Position numbers and translations under genes: made by a program. From a virus (lineage: Duplodnaviria > Caudoviricetes), in IMG/VR virus record IMGVR_UViG_3300025645_000079, positions 1 to 60,838 of that record: 60,838 bases of DNA; one strand, 5' to 3'. How positions within the stretch are numbered: the first letter of the stretch is position 1; every line of letters begins with the position of its first letter. Shown one piece after another: positions 28,301 to 37,574 of the stretch. The notes under the pieces are model-generated. The model saw only the letters and a list, made by a program, of their open reading frames with translations. It was not told the origin of the DNA and searched no databases.

Positions 28301-29601
28301 TGTCAGGCGCTAAGTACGCGGGTTCTTGGAGAGCTATCAGCTCTATCCAGCACAAAACGGACGGTTCATGGGTCGAGCATTCTCATATTTACGCTCGGAC
28401 TGAAAACGCATGGCATGAGGTAGACCTTGATGCTGAACCTTTGGGGCCTGCTTACCATACTTGGGTTATTTACGCTGTTGACCCTTACGCTACTACGTTT
28501 GAAGGCAAGGGCATATCGACAATCACGTTGGGTACGAGCTATGTGGGGATCCGAACGGGCAACCGAACTAACACCCCTGTCATAGGGGTCGATATTGTTG
28601 ACAACGACGACCTTGTAGGTTTTGAGTGGTCAACATTAGGCGGCCAAGACTCCACGCTGATTTACATTTCTCCACTGGACGGCACGGCGATAAAAAACGG
28701 CGTCGGCCAACTTCGTCTCCGCGTGCGTCAGGTTTCTGGTACGCAAGATTTGGTTATAACTGAAGACCCGTCGGCACCCTTAGCAGACCCGCAGTTATAT
28801 GTGGGCGGCGTAGCTAAAGGCCGCGAGCCTACGTTTAGTGCGGCTGACATAGATGAATCTCTTGTTGTCGAGCTTCGTAATGCTGGGGACATACTGGATA
28901 CTATTTCACTTATAGATGTTACAGACGGCGGTGAAGTAGTTCAGGTAGGTTTTGATGTAGACAACGGACTAAGTTGGGTAAAGGCAGCGAATGATGGCGC
29001 GTGGGTGCCGTCTACTACAAACACAACTATGACGTTTACGTGGTATCAGTCAGGGGCAGCCATAGCGCAGCGTACAGCAACGTTGACGCTTGAACCAGCC
29101 ACAGGGCACATACTGTGCACTAGTGATTATGTCAGCGGAGATGATTCCACCGTATCGTTTTACGGGGCGGGTACTTCGCGCGCTACTGTTTTGGCCACGC
29201 ACACGCTTAGTAACGTTTCCATGGCCGAAAATGTTGTATCGGTCCGAGGCGGTGATGAGGGTGCTCAGGGTGACGACGCGATACTTGTCACGGTAACAAG
29301 CAACAATGGGCACGCATTTAAAAATAACCTCGGTGCTGCTAAAACAATCACCGCTAATGTATTTATTGGCGGGGCTGAGTCAGCGGATTACTCGGAGTAT
29401 TTGTACACTTGGACAGTAAACAACTCCCCCGTGTACGCAACAACCTCTGGAACGTACGCTGGCACAGAGCAGACTTTCCAAACATACCTTGCGGACGGCG
29501 ACGATGTTTCCGGCGTAAACCTTCGATCAATTGAAATCACAGCAACCGACGTAGCATCAGGGTTAAATTTTAACCTTAGCTGCGTCGTGTCTAACATTTA
29601 G
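28300..29601 (+). CDS. tail fibre/appendage protein (Ig-like beta modules)
   Basis: Rich in T/V/G; shares motifs with the next two ORFs. Confidence 0.6.
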   Translation: MSGAKYAGSWRAISSIQHKTDGSWVEHSHIYARTENAWHEVDLDAEPLGPAYHTWVIYAVDPYATTFEGKGISTITLGTSYVGIRTGNRTNTPVIGVDIVDNDDLVGFEWSTLGGQDSTLIYISPLDGTAIKNGVGQLRLRVRQVSGTQDLVITEDPSAPLADPQLYVGGVAKGREPTFSAADIDESLVVELRNAGDILDTISLIDVTDGGEVVQVGFDVDNGLSWVKAANDGAWVPSTTNTTMTFTWYQSGAAIAQRTATLTLEPATGHILCTSDYVSGDDSTVSFYGAGTSRATVLATHTLSNVSMAENVVSVRGGDEGAQGDDAILVTVTSNNGHAFKNNLGAAKTITANVFIGGAESADYSEYLYTWTVNNSPVYATTSGTYAGTEQTFQTYLADGDDVSGVNLRSIEITATDVASGLNFNLSCVVSNI

Positions 29602-29612
29602 GGAATACTGAG

Positions 29613-30671
29613 ATGAGCAGAGTAGCAACTGGGGCAATTACCATATTAGATGTGTCGGACGGTATTAACCCGTTAGCGGTCACACTAGGAAACCAATCAC
29701 ATACATTTTCGGCTAACACGTTTGGTGAGGTGAGCACCGCCGAAAGAGAAACGTTCTCAAGTTCTGTTTTTGCATATGTAGGGGCAACTCGCGCAACATA
29801 CGATAATTCAGTAACGCCAGCGGTCAACACATACAAAATAACGGGCATGGTCGTAACAGAAGGGTGGGGCGCGGTAAACGCCCCCGACGGAGGGCAGGCG
29901 GTTATTACTTGTAGCTCTACCCCGGAGAACACTACAAATAAAACGGGTACAGTCGTACTCAGTATGGATATCACTAACAGCGTCGGAAACGCCACCTCGG
30001 TAGAGGTGACTATCACATGGTCTGTGATGGTTGAGGGTGCTGGAGGCTCCGCGATTTGGATTACTCCGTCAAGACTAACTTTCCAGTTCGAGGAAACTGG
30101 CACTACGGCTCTCGATGGTGACATTATCCTAGGTCTAACTTACGCGGGGAACGTAGGTGCTCTGACTGTTGAGTACGCTCTGAACGGTTCTAATACATGG
30201 GATGATCTATTTCAGGGGACGGCAGCGAACAAAGCCAAAACAATGGATGTGACTGCCCCGCACGCGGGCGATCAGATTGTTATTTCGCCTGCTAACTTCG
30301 GTGTATCAGACATCTTTTCCGTTCGAGTTACGGGACTTAATGGGGCTAGAGATGTCGTTAGTATCATCAAAATTAAAGATGGGGTAAGTGGGAAAGCCTC
30401 TCTGTACGTCAGCATTACTTCTAACAAAAACGGTTTTAGTTTTAAAAATAACTTTTCTGGCAACGGAGCTACAAGTACTGCAAAAACACTTACCGCTCGC
30501 GTGTTTGATATGGCGGATGGAACTGCGGTGGAAGAGTCTAAGATTGCATATGCTTGGCAAAAGAACGGGGTGAATTTTGGCGGTACTGCCAAAAGGCAAA
30601 TTGTTACGGCTAGCGATGTAGAAAATAATGGGTCTGATCAGTTCCAGTGTAACGTCACAGTTAGCGACTAA
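29613..30671 (+). CDS. tail fibre/appendage protein (Ig-like C-terminus)
   Basis: 'YAWQKNG...FQCNVT' Ig-like pattern; N-terminus paralogous to that of 30684. Confidence 0.6.
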   Translation: MSRVATGAITILDVSDGINPLAVTLGNQSHTFSANTFGEVSTAERETFSSSVFAYVGATRATYDNSVTPAVNTYKITGMVVTEGWGAVNAPDGGQAVITCSSTPENTTNKTGTVVLSMDITNSVGNATSVEVTITWSVMVEGAGGSAIWITPSRLTFQFEETGTTALDGDIILGLTYAGNVGALTVEYALNGSNTWDDLFQGTAANKAKTMDVTAPHAGDQIVISPANFGVSDIFSVRVTGLNGARDVVSIIKIKDGVSGKASLYVSITSNKNGFSFKNNFSGNGATSTAKTLTARVFDMADGTAVEESKIAYAWQKNGVNFGGTAKRQIVTASDVENNGSDQFQCNVTVSD

Positions 30672-30683
30672 GGGGCGATCATA

Positions 30684-33600
30684 ATGGGTACTAGAGTAGC
30701 AACGGGGATAGTAACACTTTATGACGTGGCTGACGGCGAACACGCGTACCAATCATACCTAGAGTGGACGGGTACTACAGTACTAAGTGCGGGAGCAAGT
30801 TGGCAAGGACAAACCAATACACAGAGTTTGACATGGGCTAAAGCCGCAAACGCGGGAGCATGGTCGCCTACAGGCATATATGCAGAGTACGATACGGTAT
30901 TCGTTAGAGGCGGCGTTGAAGTTGGCCGCAGACGTTCAGTCATAAAGCGTTTAAGTGGTACTGTAGATATCGTAAAGGAAACAGCCGTTAGTTCTGCTAC
31001 AGACTACGCTACGCATCGTGTTTGGAGCGGTAGGGCTACTCCGAGTTTTACGGCGTTTGAAACACTGTCTTTATCAGGAACTCTAGTACATTCCTCGCAA
31101 CCAATAAACTTTACTGCTGTATCTGGGGGCGATAAGGGTAATCGAGGCGCTGGCTGGTACACAAAAGTTAGCACCGCTACTGGCTGGGGCGATGCTTTAG
31201 CTAACACTGCTTGCCCGTTAGACACTCCGCAAATTAATGATCGCGTTACTCTATATAACGAAACTGAGTCAGAAACTGAAATACCTTGGTCTACAACTAA
31301 GTTTTATAACGCAAGCAATAGTTGGGAAGGTGCAGCACTTGTAATTGATGGTAGTTTGATTGTAAAAGATACTGTTAGTGCTGATAAGTTATTAGTAAAC
31401 GAAGCTATGGTTACTGAGTTGTTTGCTGAAGATGTTACGGCAACTGGGACTATAACAGGAGCCACGTTAGTAGGCGGCAAATTAACTATCGGCACCGTTG
31501 GAACAGGCAAAAGTGTCGTTCTTGATTCAAGCGTAGTGGATTCATCACCAATACATATTCGTGATGGTGATAACGACATGCTGCATTTCGTTACTATCAA
31601 CGAAAACACGGCTAATGAAAGAGTAGTACTTAAATTAAGTGGTGGTTTGGGGCCACAAACTATTGATAGCACCAGTGTATTTACTCAGGATGTGCTAGAT
31701 GTTTTAGTACCTCAAGTTGGTGGAGGAACAGGTGGTGTGTATAACGCTCCTCCTGATACGTTTGTAACAAACCCAACTACAGTAGATTTAACAATTGAAT
31801 CTGCTAACTTAACACAACCCACTATTTCTGTGACTGTAACGGGTAGTTACACTGCACAAGTTGAAAATTATGCTGTTCCAACATGGACAGTACAGATACA
31901 AAGAAAAGTCGGAACTGCAGCCTTTTCAAGCCCTATATACAGCCAAAACGTTACAGGCACTTACAACTTTTTTTCAGAAACGGAACAAGGCACAACAGTA
32001 ACTTTTGGTTCTGGCAGACTTAACATTAATGTTGAACACGTAGACAACACTAGTGATGCTGTGCTTAGTGACAGTGTTACATATCGACTAACGTTGACTA
32101 AGGTTAGTGGGCTTGGTGATGTACCTAAATTAAAAGCATTTACTGTAGCACAGTCAGTTCAAGGCGGTGGGGTTGGTGGAGCAGCGACTTCGTTAAACGG
32201 AGAAACGGGAACGTATTACCTTGATTACGATAATTTTACAAATACGCCCGTTATTAGTGGATATTACGATTCCAGTAATTTTGGTCAGACAGAGATAAAT
32301 GCTTTAAACATTACTGCATATAATTCTGGTTTGTTGAACGGTGTAGCAAGTGGCACTGCGAGTGAACTAAATACTATAGTTAAACGTGATGCTTCTGCGA
32401 ATATTAGAGGTAACACATTTAAAGCAAGTGTTGCTGATCAAGACACTATAGATGGTGCAATGGCGTTTAGATCTAATAACAGCACTCTTGACCATGTTAG
32501 ATTTTGTGATGATGTTGGTGCTATACGCACATACTTGTCTACATATAGCAAAGCAGAAGCTGATTTAAGATATGCAGTTATTGGTACCGATACTGGTTCT
32601 GGCGTGTATTTACCTCTATCAGGTGGTACTTTAACTGGTGATTTGACTGTAGACACTAAGGTAGTGGCTAACGAGATTAGGTGTCGCACAGGCTCTCAAC
32701 TTGTTATTAGTGCAGGTGAGGCTCATTCAGCAGCAGAAAATGCAAATCAAATTGGAGAGATTTTATATGTTAATGCTGAAGGTGGTTTACAAGTAAACTC
32801 TAGTGCTACTAACTGGGCTGATACAGATGGAGCCTATTATACTCCTGCTGCTTGGGCAGCTAGAGGTATCTTTTCAGTTAATGCCACAGCTATCACGTAC
32901 AATGGAAATACTGTATATCACGCTGGTAACATACCTAGTTATATGCTCGCTTCTGAGGGTGCTAACTTTGTGCCTGCAACGCGAGACATGGTTTTAACTC
33001 TATCAGGTGATGCGTCTGGTACTGCTACGTTTACTAACATGGGTGATGCCACACTAAATTTAACAGTTGCTGACGATAGCCATTCTCATTCACAACTGTT
33101 TATTCCTGACACTCGCGGAGCCGTTAGACCCCCTTGGTACTACCCAGATAAACATGTATCGTATGATTTTCAGCAAAATACGGACACTTTAGCAGGAGAT
33201 GATGACTGGCATGTATTACAAACTGTTGCTAAATGGAGCGGGTATTTCGACACAATCCCGCAACAACAAATAGCGTATACAGGACCACAACTAAAACACC
33301 GTACAGCAACAAGTGACACTACATGGGGTGCTTGGAAAACTATCTGGGATAGCAGTAACTTTGGTAAGACTCAGATTGATGGACTACAAGTTAATGCTTA
33401 TCAATTAGGGGGCAAAACTGAGGCTCAATTTGTTCGTAGTGATGTAGATGATACGAAAAATGGCAAGCTCTGGCTTGGTGGTCAGATAACAGGCTCAAGT
33501 GCTGCCCTTCAAGTGAACGGGTTTACTCGAATGGGTTCTATTTACTTACACGAAGGCTCATCCCCATCAGACTTGGAATCAGGCTTGAATAAGTTGTTAG

Positions 33601-35009
33601 ATAATAGTGGGGGGAATCTAAGATGGGACACTAACACTGTATATCACTCAGGTAACCTACCTGCTGCGTTATCTCCAACTGGGGATTCTACTATAACAGG
33701 TTCATTTTTAGCTGATGATCCTTTTACTACTACGGATTGGAATACTAACTGGCGAAGCGGTTTCTACGAAACAAATGGAGGGGCTAATTCCCCTACAACA
33801 ACAGGCTGGTACTGGGGCTTGAAAGCTGGGCATAGTAACAACAACGCTAGCAATCGTTATGGTATGGATATCGTCATACAGAACGGAGGTTCTTCTACAC
33901 CGTTTATTAGAAGCACACCTAGTAATGGTGCTGGTACTTGGCAGCAGATATACACATCAACTAACTTTGGTAAAACTCAGATTGATGCTCTAGGCATTAA
34001 TGCAAGTACAGTCACTAACGGTGTTTATACTAATACTACTCAATCTATATCAGGTGCTAAAACGTTTAGCAATAGCAATAACCATTACCGTGGTCACTTG
34101 CATTTTGATGAGTACACAACGGGAAGACACTACCTACACTTCAACTCTACTGCCGCGACTAATCAGATTGACTGGCGTATAGGTGTATTAGGTAACAGTA
34201 CTTATGCAGTTCACGCTTGGAGACATGATAAAACTATATTTGGTAATAGTTTAGAAGTCACAGGAACAGTTACTCCTAGTGTTGGATTAGCAAGATCTGC
34301 ACATAATACAGGACACATGATAGGCGGCTATAACAATATAGGAAGTAACGGTGCTAATACTAACCCTATATACACTATAGGTAGTAGTTACAACCCGACT
34401 AGCACGGCTCTTACTAATATGTATGGAATTGGCTACACTAAGGCTGTTGATGCTACTTTTATTAATGCTACTGATTTAGGTGATGCTACTGCAGCAGGAT
34501 GGGGCATGTATGTCGCAGCAGATGGAAATGCAAGAATATTTTTAGACGCTACTTCAGGTAAAGGGTTCTTTAAAGGGGCTGTAGTTGCACAACAAATTCA
34601 GACAAGAGGAGTTATTGTAGCAGCAAGCACAATCACTGGTTCAGATGCAATAGCAACGTCTGATATTCGAGTGAAGCAAGACCTTCAGCCAATAACCAAT
34701 GCTGCTGAAAAACTCAGAACTCTTAGAACAACAACGCACGAACGTACTGATTATGAGAAGGTTGATGGTAAGTATCCTCGTAAAGCGTCTGTTATTGCAC
34801 AAGATGTTGAAGCGGTGCTTCCTGAAGCTATAAGCTATACGGACGACGAAAAGCTAGGGCAGAAACTCAATGTTTCAGTACCAGCAACAGTTGTTATGAC
34901 TATAGCTGCTGTAAATGAGCATACAGATACCATAGCTGCACAAGCTAAAAAGATTGTTAGTCTTGAAGATCGCCTAGCTAAACTTGAGGCGTTACTAATC
35001 AATGGCTAA
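30684..35009 (+). CDS. long tail fibre with C-terminal intramolecular chaperone (peptidase S74-like)
   Basis: 'YLPLSGGTLTGDL', 'VYHAGN' fibre motifs; 'TSDIRVK...IAQDVEAVLPEA' followed by a coiled coil. Confidence 0.88.
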   Translation: MGTRVATGIVTLYDVADGEHAYQSYLEWTGTTVLSAGASWQGQTNTQSLTWAKAANAGAWSPTGIYAEYDTVFVRGGVEVGRRRSVIKRLSGTVDIVKETAVSSATDYATHRVWSGRATPSFTAFETLSLSGTLVHSSQPINFTAVSGGDKGNRGAGWYTKVSTATGWGDALANTACPLDTPQINDRVTLYNETESETEIPWSTTKFYNASNSWEGAALVIDGSLIVKDTVSADKLLVNEAMVTELFAEDVTATGTITGATLVGGKLTIGTVGTGKSVVLDSSVVDSSPIHIRDGDNDMLHFVTINENTANERVVLKLSGGLGPQTIDSTSVFTQDVLDVLVPQVGGGTGGVYNAPPDTFVTNPTTVDLTIESANLTQPTISVTVTGSYTAQVENYAVPTWTVQIQRKVGTAAFSSPIYSQNVTGTYNFFSETEQGTTVTFGSGRLNINVEHVDNTSDAVLSDSVTYRLTLTKVSGLGDVPKLKAFTVAQSVQGGGVGGAATSLNGETGTYYLDYDNFTNTPVISGYYDSSNFGQTEINALNITAYNSGLLNGVASGTASELNTIVKRDASANIRGNTFKASVADQDTIDGAMAFRSNNSTLDHVRFCDDVGAIRTYLSTYSKAEADLRYAVIGTDTGSGVYLPLSGGTLTGDLTVDTKVVANEIRCRTGSQLVISAGEAHSAAENANQIGEILYVNAEGGLQVNSSATNWADTDGAYYTPAAWAARGIFSVNATAITYNGNTVYHAGNIPSYMLASEGANFVPATRDMVLTLSGDASGTATFTNMGDATLNLTVADDSHSHSQLFIPDTRGAVRPPWYYPDKHVSYDFQQNTDTLAGDDDWHVLQTVAKWSGYFDTIPQQQIAYTGPQLKHRTATSDTTWGAWKTIWDSSNFGKTQIDGLQVNAYQLGGKTEAQFVRSDVDDTKNGKLWLGGQITGSSAALQVNGFTRMGSIYLHEGSSPSDLESGLNKLLDNSGGNLRWDTNTVYHSGNLPAALSPTGDSTITGSFLADDPFTTTDWNTNWRSGFYETNGGANSPTTTGWYWGLKAGHSNNNASNRYGMDIVIQNGGSSTPFIRSTPSNGAGTWQQIYTSTNFGKTQIDALGINASTVTNGVYTNTTQSISGAKTFSNSNNHYRGHLHFDEYTTGRHYLHFNSTAATNQIDWRIGVLGNSTYAVHAWRHDKTIFGNSLEVTGTVTPSVGLARSAHNTGHMIGGYNNIGSNGANTNPIYTIGSSYNPTSTALTNMYGIGYTKAVDATFINATDLGDATAAGWGMYVAADGNARIFLDATSGKGFFKGAVVAQQIQTRGVIVAASTITGSDAIATSDIRVKQDLQPITNAAEKLRTLRTTTHERTDYEKVDGKYPRKASVIAQDVEAVLPEAISYTDDEKLGQKLNVSVPATVVMTIAAVNEHTDTIAAQAKKIVSLEDRLAKLEALLING

Positions 35010-35493
35010 TTACAATGTAAAAACTGGCACAGGCGGGACAGTAACAAATAATACAGGTGGTTCTCTTCCTGCATTATCTGTTACTGGAGGCGGTACTTTT
35101 CAGGTCACTAACTCAGATGGTGGAACTCTAACTGTTACGTTTTATGATGGGGTATCAGAAGTAGTAAGAGTAATAGCTGGCGGTGCGTTTACGTATATCG
35201 GATCAACAAATATATATTATAGTGATGAAGCTTGGATACGGTTTGATTACGCAGCAGCCACACTAACAATAAATGGGGTAGTACTGGGGCCTGTTTTAAG
35301 CTTTATACCTACAGGCTACCCAATTGCATTTAGTGACCTGAAAAGCTTCTTTGGTTCGACTGTAACTAATCTACACGCATACTATAGAGGAGGGGGTATC
35401 GTACAAGATATACCTGAGAACAGTAACATAACGAATTCTGCTACAGGAAACATCGAGTTATCGGACTTTATAAACTCTGCAAAAGCTACTTAA
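35002..35493 (+). CDS. small fibre-associated protein
   Basis: 'IAFSDLKSFFG...AYYRGGG...IELSDF' motif of the kind seen next to tail fibre genes. Confidence 0.55.
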   Translation: MANYNVKTGTGGTVTNNTGGSLPALSVTGGGTFQVTNSDGGTLTVTFYDGVSEVVRVIAGGAFTYIGSTNIYYSDEAWIRFDYAAATLTINGVVLGPVLSFIPTGYPIAFSDLKSFFGSTVTNLHAYYRGGGIVQDIPENSNITNSATGNIELSDFINSAKAT

Positions 35494-35537
35494 CACACAT
35501 TAACTTAATTTTTAACAACAACCCAAAAGGCTAAACC

Positions 35538-35894
35538 ATGATAACAGCATCATTTACCAACCCGCAAAACGCATTGCAAACAGACGCAGTAATATTTGTT
35601 CGTAACGCTAATTTTAGTAAACAAATTAGCGAACATCATTCATTAGATTCTAATGATTTTACAACTGTTGTAAATCCTACTGCAACTGAGTCGCAAAACA
35701 TAAGATTCAGTGTTTATTACTGGATGAACGCAGAAGCAAAAGATCTAGGTGCTGCTCCTTACACTCTAGAAAATAATGATAATCAAATGGATACAGATTT
35801 TGCTTTTCAGCCTGGTGTGGATTTTGAAGGTTTAACACTAGAAGAAAAATGTGAAAAGCACCTATTAGACGTCGTGCTGCCGCCAATGCAGTAA
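35538..35894 (+). CDS. hypothetical protein, possible fibre assembly chaperone
   Basis: Acidic 118-aa ORF downstream of the fibre. Confidence 0.55.
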   Translation: MITASFTNPQNALQTDAVIFVRNANFSKQISEHHSLDSNDFTTVVNPTATESQNIRFSVYYWMNAEAKDLGAAPYTLENNDNQMDTDFAFQPGVDFEGLTLEEKCEKHLLDVVLPPMQ

Positions 35895-36022
35895 TAAACT
35901 ACTAAAACGTTTATTATTACCGCGTTTTCATTTAAAATAGTAGTAACTGATAAAGCGCGGTAGTAGTAATGTAGCTAATGGGTACATGAACTAGCAGAGC
36001 AACTTTAAAGCGGAGAAGGGCA

Positions 36023-36187
36023 ATGGGCATAATAGTAACTGCGATATTAAAAACGCTACTGACTAAATTAGTAACTGAAAAAGTTTTGATTGGCGTTTTC
36101 TTACACGTCGCATCGTTTCTAGTTACAAAAACAAGCAACACATTAGATGACAAGTTGATTGAAGAAATTAAGGCGGCGTTAAAATAA
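36023..36187 (+). CDS. small membrane/holin-like protein, 54 aa (MGIIVTAILKTLLTKLVTEKVLIGVFLHVASFLVTKTSNTLDDKLIEEIKAALK)
   Basis: Not in the ORF track; GGAGAAGG RBS; stop abuts the next ATG; amphipathic. Confidence 0.6.
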   Translation: MGIIVTAILKTLLTKLVTEKVLIGVFLHVASFLVTKTSNTLDDKLIEEIKAALK

Positions 36188-36493
36188 ATGGAAACGCTCG
36201 CTATATTTTTGTCGTTTCTCGCTGAGAAAACCCCTGAATTTATAGCGGGTGCTGCTATTGGTTTAATCATTGCTCTGTTTGTTGCGTATGTGTATTTATT
36301 GCCAAGGCTAATTAGATCATCAACAGCGGCTTTAACTGAGCAAATCAGTCTTTTAAGCAGTCAAGTTGAATCACAAACTAACCACATCGGTACTTTAGAG
36401 CGCCAATTAAAAACGCTTGAAGAAGAATTGATCCCCTATCGAGATTTTGCAAAAGAGCAGCTTGCAAAAGTATTGCTGACTAAAAAATTCTAG
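36188..36493 (+). CDS. membrane protein with coiled coil (holin/spanin-like)
   Basis: TM segment 'FIAGAAIGLIIALFVAYVYLL' followed by a heptad-repeat region. Confidence 0.55.
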   Translation: METLAIFLSFLAEKTPEFIAGAAIGLIIALFVAYVYLLPRLIRSSTAALTEQISLLSSQVESQTNHIGTLERQLKTLEEELIPYRDFAKEQLAKVLLTKKF

Positions 36494-36495
36494 CT

Positions 36496-36900
36496 ATGAA
36501 GGTAATTTTCGCAAGAAATAACCGCAGCATTATCAGCAAGGTCATACGGGCTTACACATGGTCTAACTGGTCGCATGTCGGGATTATTGACGGTGAATAC
36601 GTCATCGAGGCAATAGGCGGTAGGGGTGTCGCAAAGACTGAGCTGGAAGCATTTAAACTTCGATACGATGAAAACTGCATCAGGCACATAGCGGGCGACG
36701 TTGAAAAAGCAAGGGCGCTAATAGGTAAAGATTTCGATCAGCGCGGCTTGTGGGGTGGCCTACTCCATATGCGAGTGCAAGACCCTAATAAATGGTTTTG
36801 CTCTGAATTGGTGGCTTACGCCGCAGACGCTTTTTATGATGAATTTGCACACAAGGTTTCGCCTGAAAATATATTTTGGTTGAAGCAATTAAATAAATAA
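36496..36900 (+). CDS. permuted papain-like NlpC/P60 enzyme (YiiX/YaeF-like)
   Basis: 'WSHVGI', 'VIEA', 'WFCSELVA' (His before Cys, i.e. circularly permuted). Confidence 0.82.
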   Translation: MKVIFARNNRSIISKVIRAYTWSNWSHVGIIDGEYVIEAIGGRGVAKTELEAFKLRYDENCIRHIAGDVEKARALIGKDFDQRGLWGGLLHMRVQDPNKWFCSELVAYAADAFYDEFAHKVSPENIFWLKQLNK

Positions 36901-36916
36901 ATAATATGGTGGAAGC

Positions 36917-37573
36917 ATGAAATTATCAGATTTTGCAACATTGGTCGAAGCACAAGATCACGCAGAAGTAACAGACAAGAAGCAAATAGGCGCAGGACAA
37001 GCACGAGGCTTCTTAGTTAGCTCTGGTATATGGACAGCCCTAAGACAAATTCAATCAGACATGACTCACCCTCTATACGCCCTAGCCGATGCCGTAATAG
37101 TAACCGCCAGTGATGGCTCTAGTTATTTTGGCATGGACTCTAACACAGCAGAGGGGCAAGCTAACTTAGCATCAGCTCAGATATTAGTTGACGCCGGTGT
37201 GATGACAGAAGCACAGAAAACAGAATTGTTTTCTAAAGCATTGGTGTCAACCAATCCCTACGAGAATACAACTCAAGCAGAATTCGATGAAGCTAAAGAC
37301 GTTGGCGAGACACTGGACTTACCAGCTAATTCCGCACAACACAAGTCGATAATTAACATTACTACTCAACCAAATAAATCTATCAATATAGTTATTGAGC
37401 AACGATTCGGTCCTTCTGTTGATGACCTAACAGACTGGCATGAGTGCGGGGCGTTCAGAGGTGTTTTCTATCCACAACAATCCTACACCGCACAGATCGC
37501 AGCATCACCAGCAGGTATTCGTGAATTGAGAGCAGTTAGCCCACTGACGGTAGGTATGTCACTGGAGGTCTAA
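36917..37573 (+). CDS. hypothetical protein (structural operon)
   Basis: 218-aa ORF, coupled to the next gene. Confidence 0.7.
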   Translation: MKLSDFATLVEAQDHAEVTDKKQIGAGQARGFLVSSGIWTALRQIQSDMTHPLYALADAVIVTASDGSSYFGMDSNTAEGQANLASAQILVDAGVMTEAQKTELFSKALVSTNPYENTTQAEFDEAKDVGETLDLPANSAQHKSIINITTQPNKSINIVIEQRFGPSVDDLTDWHECGAFRGVFYPQQSYTAQIAASPAGIRELRAVSPLTVGMSLEV

Positions 37574-37574
37574 A

